Assembly: GCA_964249685.1 (NCBI GenBank)
Contig: CAXUDC010000001.1
Coordinates: 1 to 60,017, forward strand
Origin: an uncultured Acidobacteriaceae bacterium
Lineage (GTDB): Bacteria > Acidobacteriota > Terriglobia > Terriglobales > Acidobacteriaceae
Length of the DNA: 60,017 nucleotides
Reading direction: 5' to 3'
The notes under the pieces are model-generated. The model saw nothing but the letters and a program-made list of their open reading frames with translations. It searched no databases and was not told the origin of the DNA. A program made the position numbers and the translations under genes. Of this stretch, positions 1 through 8,049 are shown in pieces. Within the stretch, counting starts at the first letter, position 1, and each line of letters starts with the position of its first letter.

Positions 1-33
1 CCCTACACACCCCTGGAATGCCGCTAACCAGCC

Positions 34-79
34 GGGGTGCCCCATGATGACCGCGGCCCCATCGCGGTTATCGTGGGGT
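34..79 (+). repeat. REP-like palindrome family A (GGGTGCCCCAYGATNACCGCG...CGCGGTNATCGTGGGG)
   Basis: Imperfect hairpin with GGGTGC foot; about 12 related copies in the window. Confidence 0.9.
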
Positions 80-110
80 TACTCTCTCAGGGTCGCCCCA
101 CCACCATCCC

Positions 111-148
111 GTGCCCCATTCATCGCAGCCTCACCTCGATGAGTGGGA
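111..148 (+). repeat. REP-like family A, short variant
   Basis: GTGCCCCATTCATCG...CGATGAGTGGGA hairpin, similar to 47682-47719 and 5746-5785. Confidence 0.8.
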
Positions 149-243
149 CCCGCCACAAACGCCCCAACTTAGCCATAGTCAATCACACCCCCCGCATGAC
201 ATCCTGACGACGACCAACATCCCTCGCCGCAGGAGCCCTCCCA

Positions 244-1194
244 CTGCCCCGCCTCTACCTCCTCGCCTTCTGCCTCGCTCTCGCCGCCCCCGCGCAGGAG
301 CCCGCAAAGCCAACCCCGCAGGAGCCCCCCGTAGCCACCAGCACCGCGTCCGAAACCTCCGAAGTCCCCCAGATCCCCGGCCTCTCCGCCCTCCTCCGCG
401 GCCTCAACGGCGGCGTCACCTTCTCCGGCCTGCACGACGCCCAGACCGGCTGGGCCACCATCCTGCAGCCCGCCATCGGCTACAGCTTCAACGACATCTT
501 CGCCATCGACGTCACCGTCCCCATCTACCTCTACCGCCTCGCCGGCTCCCGCGCCCCCAATCCCCGCCCCAACGCGCTCCTCGTCCCCCGCCGCGGCGAA
601 CCAGGCGACGTCCTCTTCGGCCTCCACGCCCAGTTCATCCCCCGCGGCTTCCAATATCAGGTCACCGTCTCCGCCACCGCGCCCACCGGCGACACCCTCT
701 ACGGCCTCTCCACCGGCCGCGCCACCTTCGACCTCTCCAACCGCCTCGAGCATCCCTTCCGGCACGTCACCCCCAACCTCGAGCTCGGCGTCGGCGACTC
801 CAGTTCCCTCGTCAACCCGCTCGTCCAGCGCGACTTCACCTCGCTCGGCCCCCTCGCCCACTTCCAGGCCGGCCTCGCCTTCAACCTCCCCCTCGGCGCC
901 TCCTTAGAAACCAACGCCTACGAGCAACTCCCCATCGGCGACCAGAAGATCTACCAGACCATCCATCGCCGCGGCCGCCAGGGCGGCACCGTCACCGTCG
1001 TCACCGGCCGCAGCGTCGCCGAAGACAACGGCTTCACCAACGCGCTCGATCTACAACTCGATAACCACACCACCCTATCGGCCTACTACAACCGCAGCCT
1101 GCGCCTGAAAGACGACGTCGTCGCCATCGGCATCAGCTACGTCTTCCGTGGCTCCAAATCCGACAAACCCATTCCAAAAGACTCCATCCACTAG
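244..1194 (+). CDS. Secreted, possibly outer-membrane beta-rich hypothetical protein (316 aa, CTG start)
   Basis: Open frame after TGA at 205-207 to TAG at 1192-1194 with C-ending codon bias; AGGAG at 231-235, 8 nt before CTG; signal peptide (M)PRLYLLAFCLALAAPAQ; not in the ORF track. Confidence 0.75.
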   Translation: MPRLYLLAFCLALAAPAQEPAKPTPQEPPVATSTASETSEVPQIPGLSALLRGLNGGVTFSGLHDAQTGWATILQPAIGYSFNDIFAIDVTVPIYLYRLAGSRAPNPRPNALLVPRRGEPGDVLFGLHAQFIPRGFQYQVTVSATAPTGDTLYGLSTGRATFDLSNRLEHPFRHVTPNLELGVGDSSSLVNPLVQRDFTSLGPLAHFQAGLAFNLPLGASLETNAYEQLPIGDQKIYQTIHRRGRQGGTVTVVTGRSVAEDNGFTNALDLQLDNHTTLSAYYNRSLRLKDDVVAIGISYVFRGSKSDKPIPKDSIH

Positions 1195-1205
1195 CCCCAG
1201 CCTGA

Positions 1206-1233
1206 CTAGAAACTACAAAACTAGAAACTCCCG
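1206..1233 (+). repeat. Short heptamer-like tandem repeat (CTAGAAA/CTACAAA)
   Basis: ACTAGAAACTACAAAACTAGAAACTCCCGAAA; same tail at 17853-17877; reverse-orientation relatives at about 21210, 52965 and 54275. Confidence 0.6.
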
Positions 1234-1291
1234 AAAACCACCCCTAGCCAAACCACCCCCACCACCCATCAACGCGGCGTAAACTTAACCC

Positions 1292-2494
1292 GTGCCCAGA
1301 ATCTACATGGACGCCAACGCCACCACTCCGCTGCTCCCCGCGGTCTTTGACGCCATGCGCCCCTTCCTCCTCGGCGCCTTCGGCAATGCGTCCTCCATCC
1401 ACCAGCAGGGCCAGCACGCCCGCGCCGCCGTCGACCGCGCCCGCGACCAGGTCGCCCGCCTCCTCCGCGCCCGCGCCTCCGAGATCATCTTCACCTCCGG
1501 CGGCACCGAATCCGACAACCTCGCCCTCTTCGGCACCCTCGCCGCAGGCGACCACCTCGTCACCAGCACCCTCGAGCACCACGCCGTCCTGCACGCCGCC
1601 CAGGCGCTCGAAAAACGCGGAGTAGAAGTCACCTACCTCCCCTGCACGCCCGCAGGCCTCGTCCCCCCGGCATCGCTCAGCGCAGCGCTAAGACCCAACA
1701 CCCGCCTCGTCTCCGTCATGCTCGCCAACAACGAGACCGGCACCATCCAGCCTATCCCCGAGCTCGCCCACATCGCCAAAACCCACGGCGCCTACTTCCA
1801 CACCGACGCCGTCCAGGCCGCCGGCAAGCTGCCCCTCGACCTCGGCCTCACCTGCGCGCTCGCCAACCCCAGCGGCTCGCTAAAGGACGTCGACCTCCTC
1901 TCGATCTCCGGCCACAAGATGTACGCCCCCCAGGGCACGGGCATCCTCTTCTGCCGCCGCCACGTCCAGCTCGCGCCGCTCTTCCACGGCGGCATGCACG
2001 AGCGCCAGCGCCGCGCCGGCACGGAAAACGTACCCGGCATCGTAGCCCTCGGCGAAGCCGCCGAACAAGCCCGCCAGTGGCTAGGTGCTCCATCTCTCGG
2101 ACCTGAGAGGTCAGAAGAACCACCGCAAAACCCCCAGGCCCTCGCCCACCTCCGCGACACCCTGGAACAATCCCTGCTCAAAATTCCCAACTCCGGCGTC
2201 AACGGAGCCGGCACCCCCCGCACCCCCAACACCACCAACCTCTACTTCGACGGAGTCGACGCCGACTCCCTTCTCATCGCCCTCGACCTCGCCGGCCTCG
2301 CCGTCTCCGCCGGCAGCGCCTGCCAGTCCGGCGCCACCGAGCCCTCGCACGTCCTCACTGCCATGGGCCTCACCACCGCCCGCGCCAAAGCCAGCATCCG
2401 CATCTCCCTCACCCGCCTCACCACCGCAGCCGAAGTCACCCAGGCCACCCACCTCATCACCGAAGCCGTCCACCGCCACCGCGCTACCATCTGA
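1292..2494 (+). CDS. iscS: Cysteine desulfurase (IscS/NifS family)
   Basis: YMDANATTP, FTSGGTESDN, HTDAVQ, SGHK (PLP Lys), RAGTEN, SAGSAC (catalytic Cys). Confidence 0.93.
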   Translation: MPRIYMDANATTPLLPAVFDAMRPFLLGAFGNASSIHQQGQHARAAVDRARDQVARLLRARASEIIFTSGGTESDNLALFGTLAAGDHLVTSTLEHHAVLHAAQALEKRGVEVTYLPCTPAGLVPPASLSAALRPNTRLVSVMLANNETGTIQPIPELAHIAKTHGAYFHTDAVQAAGKLPLDLGLTCALANPSGSLKDVDLLSISGHKMYAPQGTGILFCRRHVQLAPLFHGGMHERQRRAGTENVPGIVALGEAAEQARQWLGAPSLGPERSEEPPQNPQALAHLRDTLEQSLLKIPNSGVNGAGTPRTPNTTNLYFDGVDADSLLIALDLAGLAVSAGSACQSGATEPSHVLTAMGLTTARAKASIRISLTRLTTAAEVTQATHLITEAVHRHRATI

Positions 2495-2499
2495 CCCAC

Positions 2500-2545
2500 G
2501 GGGTGCCCCATGATCACCGCAGTCTTATCGCGGTTATCGTGGGGT
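2500..2545 (+). repeat. REP-like family A
   Basis: Full consensus hairpin. Confidence 0.9.
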
Positions 2546-2579
2546 AAGTCTTTGCCCAACTCCAGCATCCAACCACCAG

Positions 2580-3179
2580 ATGCCCACCCCCGCCATCCTC
2601 CTCGCCGCCGGCGCTTCCACCCGCCTGGGCCACCCCAAGCAACTGGCCACCCTCAACGGCGAACCCCTGCTACTCCGCGCCATCCAGGCAGCCACCGAAG
2701 CCGGCCTTACCCCGATCCTTGTCATCCTGGGCGCAAACGCAGCCCAAATCCAGACTCGCTGCAACCTCAACCACACGCAGGTCATCCTCAACGATCACTG
2801 GCAAGAAGGTATGGCAAGTTCCATCCAGGCAGGCATCCGTGCACTCCCTGAATATTCCGAAGGAGTCATCCTGCTTACCTGCGATCAGCCCGCCGTCGAT
2901 GCCGCGCATCTCCGCGAGCTCTTCCATGCAGGCACACAAAGCAAAGCCCCGGTAGCCTCGCAATACGAAGCCGAACCCGGGCAAAAAAGACGGGGGGTGC
3001 CGGCTTATTTTCCCAGCACCCACTTTCCAAAGCTGTTACTGCTCAACGGCGACGCCGGCGCTAGAAGTCTGCTGGCATCTGCAAACTCGATCGAACTCAA
3101 ATTCGGGGAAGTCGATGTGGATACGCCGCAGGCCCTGCTTCGGGCCCGTACGCTGTTCAAACGGGGAGCGGGGCCTTAG
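2580..3179 (+). CDS. Nucleotidyltransferase, MocA-like (molybdenum cofactor cytidylyltransferase family)
   Basis: LLAAGASTRLGHPKQL, WQEGMASSI, CDQP, GDAGAR, DVDTP. Confidence 0.85.
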   Translation: MPTPAILLAAGASTRLGHPKQLATLNGEPLLLRAIQAATEAGLTPILVILGANAAQIQTRCNLNHTQVILNDHWQEGMASSIQAGIRALPEYSEGVILLTCDQPAVDAAHLRELFHAGTQSKAPVASQYEAEPGQKRRGVPAYFPSTHFPKLLLLNGDAGARSLLASANSIELKFGEVDVDTPQALLRARTLFKRGAGP

Positions 3180-3277
3180 GCCTCTTCGCTCTCTTCCGAC
3201 GAGCCCGAGCCCATCGTTACGATGCAGGGAAGGATCACCATCAGGAGGAACGCGGCAGCGACGAGGAGGTCATGCAT
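3176..3277 (-). CDS. Small single-TM protein (33 aa) MHDLLVAAAFLLMVILPCIVTMGSGSSEESEEA
   Basis: ATG at 3277, TAA at 3176-3178; hydrophobic helix followed by acidic tail; below the ORF-track cutoff. Confidence 0.6.
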   Translation of the reverse strand: MHDLLVAAAFLLMVILPCIVTMGSGSSEESEEA

Positions 3278-3484
3278 GGGGGAGGTTCTCTTTTCTGTCG
3301 GAAGGCTCGTAGTGGCCCGCCTGACTGAAATGAGAATCGCCCAATCCGCAGCCGCAAACTATTCCACGAAGGCAACCAGGAGCATATCGGAAGTAACGGT
3401 ACCGTAACCCATTCGTTGTAGATCGGAAACCAAGGTTTTCACGTAAGGCTACCACGCTGCCTTGCTCGACACCATCACGACACT

Positions 3485-3739
3485 CTACCGCCCCTGCGCG
3501 GCCAGCTTCTTCTGAATCAAATCCACCAGATGCCCCACCGTATTCATCGATTCCAGCTCCGCGGTCTGGAACTTCACCTTGAACATCGCCTCCACCGCCA
3601 CAATCAGGTTGATGTGGTTGAACGAGTCCCACTCCGGCACGCTCGCCGCCGTCAGCTCCGGCGTCAGCACCAGCGTATCGTCATCGAAAACATCGTGAAA
3701 GATGCCCGTAAGCTGGGCGTAAATCTCCGTCTGCTGCAT
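3485..3739 (-). CDS. Acyl carrier protein
   Basis: WDSFNHINL phosphopantetheine Ser motif; GAGGAG RBS; 84 aa. Confidence 0.9.
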   Translation of the reverse strand: MQQTEIYAQLTGIFHDVFDDDTLVLTPELTAASVPEWDSFNHINLIVAVEAMFKVKFQTAELESMNTVGHLVDLIQKKLAAQGR

Positions 3740-3779
3740 AAGAAATCTCCTCAGGAGTAATCCCCCAAGTATACCCACG

Positions 3780-3825
3780 GGGGTGCCCCATGATCACCGC
3801 AGCCTCACCGCGGTGATCGTGGGGT
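3780..3825 (+). repeat. REP-like family A
   Basis: Full consensus hairpin. Confidence 0.9.
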
Positions 3826-3841
3826 AAGTCTCTTTGCATGA

Positions 3842-4891
3842 TCACCCCTCCCCCAACCCAAACGCCTCCGCCAGCAACCCATAACTCCGCTGCCGAGCCT
3901 CCACCGAGTGCGTAATCGTGTTCACCACCAGCTCCCCCAGCCCCAGCGCCCCCGCCATTGCCGTCAACTCCCGGCAAACCTTCGCCGGCGTCCCCACAAA
4001 ATACCGCGGAAACTCCTGGGCATCCGGCACCTGCGCCCCATACTGCCGCAGCTCCACCGCCGCCTCCTCCGGCGTCGCCACCGGCCGCCGGTCGTTCTGC
4101 CGAATCCTGAACTGCAGCAGCCGCACCGACTGTGCCAGCCGCTGCGCCTCCGCGTCCGTCTCCGCGCAGATCACCCCCACCGCCGCCATCGCCTCGGGCG
4201 CGGTCAGGTGGTCCGGCCCCAACTCCGCGTTCGCCCGAAAGTGCCCCTGGTAATACTCGATCGCGGCCCGCGTCCCCTCCCCCGCAAAGAAGTGCGCAAA
4301 CGCATATGGCAAGCCAAACTCCGCCGCCGCCCGCGCCGACCACATCGAAGACCCCAGCAGCCAAAGCGCCGGCGCACCCGCCGCCTCCGGCTCGACCGAG
4401 ACCCGCGCAAACGGATGATTTGCCGGAAACCCCTGGTGCAGAAACGCGATCAACTCCGAAAGCTGCTCGGGAAAGTCATCCACCTGCAGCGCACTGCGCG
4501 GCGCATCGCGGTACCGGCGCAGCGCTGTCGCCTCGATCGGCCCGCCCCCCGGCGCGCGTCCCACCCCCAGGTCGATCCGCCCCGGGTACAGCGCATGCAG
4601 CGTACGAAACGTCTCCGCCACCTTCAGCGCCGTGTAGTGCGGCAGCATAATCCCACCCGAGCCCAGCCGAATCCGCGTCGTCGCCGCGCCGATCCGCGCC
4701 AGCATGATCTCCGGCGCCGTACACGCCAGCAGCGCCATCGAGTGGTGCTCCGACATCCAGAACCGGTGGTAGCCCAGCCCTTCCACCTGCCGGGCCAGCG
4801 CAACCGAGTTCGCCAGCGCCTGCGCGGGCGTCGAGCCGGTCGAAACCGGAGCTTGATCGAGAACGGACAGTCTTAGCTTAGGGTTGCTCAC
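3842..4891 (-). CDS. LLM-class (luciferase-like) flavin-dependent oxidoreductase, YhbW-like
   Basis: LSVLDQ, YHRFWMSEHH, GSGGIMLPHY, RIDLGVGRAPG; start placed at GTG 4891. Confidence 0.9.
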   Translation of the reverse strand: MSNPKLRLSVLDQAPVSTGSTPAQALANSVALARQVEGLGYHRFWMSEHHSMALLACTAPEIMLARIGAATTRIRLGSGGIMLPHYTALKVAETFRTLHALYPGRIDLGVGRAPGGGPIEATALRRYRDAPRSALQVDDFPEQLSELIAFLHQGFPANHPFARVSVEPEAAGAPALWLLGSSMWSARAAAEFGLPYAFAHFFAGEGTRAAIEYYQGHFRANAELGPDHLTAPEAMAAVGVICAETDAEAQRLAQSVRLLQFRIRQNDRRPVATPEEAAVELRQYGAQVPDAQEFPRYFVGTPAKVCRELTAMAGALGLGELVVNTITHSVEARQRSYGLLAEAFGLGEG

Positions 4892-4979
4892 ACAGATTGG
4901 ATGTCCCACAAGCCCACAAGTTCCACAGGCTCTCCCCCCAACGGGGGATGTACGCCAGGCCCGCCCTGGCGCACTCTGG

Positions 4980-5741
4980 ATGAGTCGCACGTCAGGGGAG
5001 CACACCGTGGAAGAAGGACCCAAGAAGACACAGCCGCAGCCACGCCAACGCAGGCGCGCGGGGCAGCCGCCGCCACCCGCCGCGGAGGTAGTCGCCAAAA
5101 AGGGCGGCCTGCCCGTGGGCATGATCCTCATGGCCGCGCTCGGCCTGCTCTTTGTCGCGTACCTTACCAACGCCGGCAACGTCCAGGTCGCCCTCGACGC
5201 CTTCTTCGGCGAGCAGGTCCACTCCGCCCACACCCACGACGCGCAGATCTCGAGCCTCTTCCTGCTCCTGCTGCCCTACGTCGCCATGGCCCTCTGCCTG
5301 TGCGTCATCTACGTCCTGCTGGCCTCGATCGGCGTAGGCAAGACCAAGCGCAAGCCCAAGCCGCTCACCGAGCAGCTCACCGTCCACGAGTTCGCCGAGC
5401 TTGCCCTCGCCGCCGGCGTAGGCGCCCGCGTCTCCCGCGAGATGTACCGCATCCTCCTGCCCGAATCGAGTGCAACCATGCGCAGCACCCTGACTCGAAC
5501 CTTCGCGGAGAGGAACATCTCGCAGCAGACCGCCTGGGCCATGTTCGAGGAGCTCGTCGTCCGCAGCAGCGGCATCATCCGCGGGCGCGTAGGCGTCGAG
5601 GCGCTCGGCACCCCGATCGAGATGATGCAGGTAGCCGAGCAGTGCGTCGAGCGCGCCGCCCTCGAGCGCCGCGCCACCCTCAAAAGAGCCGCCGCCACCC
5701 TCGAAGAAACTCACCGCACCATCGTCCCCATCCCCCGCTAA
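4980..5741 (+). CDS. Hypothetical membrane protein (2 TM)
   Basis: Long ORF with coding-like codon usage and two hydrophobic segments; start uncertain. Confidence 0.65.
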   Translation: MSRTSGEHTVEEGPKKTQPQPRQRRRAGQPPPPAAEVVAKKGGLPVGMILMAALGLLFVAYLTNAGNVQVALDAFFGEQVHSAHTHDAQISSLFLLLLPYVAMALCLCVIYVLLASIGVGKTKRKPKPLTEQLTVHEFAELALAAGVGARVSREMYRILLPESSATMRSTLTRTFAERNISQQTAWAMFEELVVRSSGIIRGRVGVEALGTPIEMMQVAEQCVERAALERRATLKRAAATLEETHRTIVPIPR

Positions 5742-5745
5742 CCCC

Positions 5746-5785
5746 GGGTGCCCCACTCATGACGGCTTTACCGTCATGAGTGGGG
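5746..5785 (+). repeat. REP-like family A, short variant
   Basis: GGGTGCCCCACTCATGACGGCTTTACCGTCATGAGTGGGG. Confidence 0.85.
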
Positions 5786-5842
5786 ATACTGCCCTAGTCC
5801 GCTCCGCTACAGAACGACACAAAGCAGCACTTGTATTTTGGT

Positions 5843-5867
5843 TGTCATCCCATAGGGATCTGCGGTT
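5843..5867 (+). repeat. REP-like family B (TGTCATYCCNNAGGGAATCTGCGTT)
   Basis: About 9 related copies in the window. Confidence 0.8.
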
Positions 5868-5900
5868 CGATTGGCACCCGCTGCATCGGAAACAAACTAA

Positions 5901-6989
5901 CTAAACCCCCAACCCACACCGCCCCCCCAGATACTGCGAAACCCCACCCTTCTCCAGCTGCACCGCCACCTCCCGCGCCGTAAGCCGCCGCGAAGCCACC
6001 CCCCGCCCATGCACCACCCCCTGCACCTCCGCCACAATCGACAGCGCGATCGCCTCCGGCCCATCCCCGCCCAGATCCATCCCGATCGGCGCAAACACCC
6101 GCTCGCAGCACCACGCCACCGTGCACCCCAGCAGCGCGGCCGCCTCGCTCACCAGCAGGCTCGAGCGGTGCCGCGACCCCAGCAACCCCAGGTACCGCGG
6201 CGCCAGCGGCAGCACCCGCACCAGCAGCTCGCGGTCCTGCTCATAGCTATGCGTCATCAGCACCACCGCATCCTCCGGCCGCACGTCCAGTTCGTCGCCG
6301 ATCACCGCCACCGCAGCCTCCGGAAACCGTTCCGCCCGCGCCAGCTGCGCCCGTCCATCGGCCACCATCACCGACCAGCCCATCCCCGCCGCCATCCGCA
6401 CCAGCGGCTTCGCGTCGTCGCCCGCACCCAGCGCCACCAGCCGCTGCGGCGCGCTCAGCCGCTCCACAAACCGCCCCGCATACGCCCGCCCGGGCACCAG
6501 CACGGACGCGCAGGAAATCTTCTCCGCACTCACCCCCGCACTTACAAAAACGACCTCCCCTCGCGCCCCCAGCACCAGCCGCCGCAGCCCGCGTCCGCCC
6601 CCGGGCAGAAAGCTCACCACCGTACTCTCCACCCCCGCAAGCGAGCGCCGCATCGCGTCCAGCAACGCGTTGCCCTCCGGCGTATCCAGCGGCTCATACA
6701 GCAGGTCGACGGTCCCCCCGCACCCCAGCCCAAACGGGATCTCGGCCGTATCGTCGAACGCCATCGAGTACCGCTCCACCGCCGCGCCCTCCCGCGTCAG
6801 CCACGCGGCCTTCTTCACCACATCCGTCTCCAGACACCCCCCGCTGATCGTCCCCGCATACCCCGCATCCCCGGCTATCAGCCGCGCCCCCGGCTGTCGG
6901 TACGACGAGCCCTCCACCCCGACCAGCGTCACCAGCACGCCCTGCCGCGCGCGTTCCCAGAACTCCACCACCTGCCGCCGCTCCATCAT
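5901..6989 (-). CDS. XdhC/CoxI family molybdoenzyme maturation factor
   Basis: GSSYRQPGA, GTISGGCLE, GLGCGG, MTHSY, YLGLLGS, PIGMDLGG..PEAIALSI. Confidence 0.9.
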   Translation of the reverse strand: MMERRQVVEFWERARQGVLVTLVGVEGSSYRQPGARLIAGDAGYAGTISGGCLETDVVKKAAWLTREGAAVERYSMAFDDTAEIPFGLGCGGTVDLLYEPLDTPEGNALLDAMRRSLAGVESTVVSFLPGGGRGLRRLVLGARGEVVFVSAGVSAEKISCASVLVPGRAYAGRFVERLSAPQRLVALGAGDDAKPLVRMAAGMGWSVMVADGRAQLARAERFPEAAVAVIGDELDVRPEDAVVLMTHSYEQDRELLVRVLPLAPRYLGLLGSRHRSSLLVSEAAALLGCTVAWCCERVFAPIGMDLGGDGPEAIALSIVAEVQGVVHGRGVASRRLTAREVAVQLEKGGVSQYLGGRCGLGV

Positions 6990-7127
6990 CCCGCAAATCC
7001 CTCGTCGCCTATCTGATGCGCCCCCGCGGGCATCGATCTTCTGCTAAACTGGCTTAGTCGAGCACACGCGAGCCCAGGCCACCCGGGCAAGCGCGCCTCC
7101 CGAGCGACAGCATCACCACCAGAACGT

Positions 7128-7204
7128 CGGAATGTAGCGCAGCCTGGTAGCGCACCTGCTTCGGGAGCAGGGGGTCGAGAGTTCGAATCTCTCCATTCCG
7201 ACCA
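7128..7204 (+). tRNA. tRNA-Pro (anticodon CGG)
   Basis: 77 nt cloverleaf CGGAATG...CATTCCG-ACCA; anticodon stem CCTGC/GCAGG; GTTCGAAT T-loop. Confidence 0.97.
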
Positions 7205-7268
7205 TTCGCCCTCAATCAACTTTCCAGCCCCATGCCACTGGCATACGCTTATAGCCTATAATCACTGT

Positions 7269-7606
7269 ATGCAGACGGTCGTCGAGACTCCGACGTACCT
7301 CAAGGCAGCTCACTCCATCTTCAGCGAAGCGGAGCAATTTGCCCTTACGCATCCATTGCGGCAGATCCCGAGGCCGGCGACCTCATGCCCGGCACAGGTG
7401 GCTACCGCAAACGGCGCTTCGGGCGGGCGGGGATGGGCACGCGCGGCGGCGCACGCGTGGTCTATCTTTACGGCGGGCCAGACTTTCCCATCTTCCTCAT
7501 TACTGCATACGCCAAGGCCGATAAGGGCAACCTCACCAGAGCCGAACAAAACAGTCTCGCAAAGATGGCCCAAAGCCTCTTCGACGATTACAGGAGAAAC
7601 GCATGA
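7269..7606 (+). pseudogene. RelE/HigB-2-like toxin, frameshifted near 7345-7352
   Basis: N-terminus MQTVVETPTY continues in the -1 frame as SIAADPEAGDLMPGTGGYRKRR...RGGARVVY...TAYAKADK. Confidence 0.8.
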
Positions 7607-7941
7607 GCAAGCTCTTCGACGAGATGGTCCAGGGCACCGCGGAGGCGCGGGCCTATCTGGAAGGCGAGCGAACCGGCTACAAGGTCACCCTTCCCGACAC
7701 AGTAGATGTACGTGCCATCCGGACGCGGCTACATCTCAGCCAGAGCCGCTTCGCAGACTCCTTCGGCCTGTCCGTCGACGCGGTGCGTCACTGGGAGTCC
7801 GGCCGTAGAAGCCCGGAGGCGCCGGCCCGCGCGCTGCTCCTGGTCATCGCGCATGATGCCGACCTGGTCATGCGAGCTCTGGCGAAAGATCAGCACACGC
7901 CTGCAGGCAGCGAAAAGCCACCAAGCCGAAGCGCAACCTAA
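7603..7941 (+). CDS. HigA-like XRE helix-turn-helix antitoxin
   Basis: DVRAIRTRLHLSQSRFA...VRHWESGRRSP; ATGA overlap with the toxin stop. Confidence 0.88.
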   Translation: MSKLFDEMVQGTAEARAYLEGERTGYKVTLPDTVDVRAIRTRLHLSQSRFADSFGLSVDAVRHWESGRRSPEAPARALLLVIAHDADLVMRALAKDQHTPAGSEKPPSRSAT

Positions 7942-7979
7942 ACCAAATCGCCAACACAGACCGTCGTCGCCCCTTTGTT

Positions 7980-8005
7980 TGTCATTCCCAAAGGGAATCT
8001 GCGTT
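7980..8005 (+). repeat. REP-like family B
   Basis: TGTCATTCCCAAAGGGAATCTGCGTT. Confidence 0.85.
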
Positions 8006-8049
8006 GGGAGCACCAACAAGCCATCCGTCGTATCCCCGTAATCCTTGTC

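Noticed and set aside
1-27. Possible 3' end of an upstream CDS (PYTPLECR*)
   Set aside because: Too short to support or identify.
111-1064. 317-aa Pro/Arg-rich ORF and antisense ORF 169-861
   Set aside because: Shadow frames of the 244-1194 gene; the start lies within a REP.
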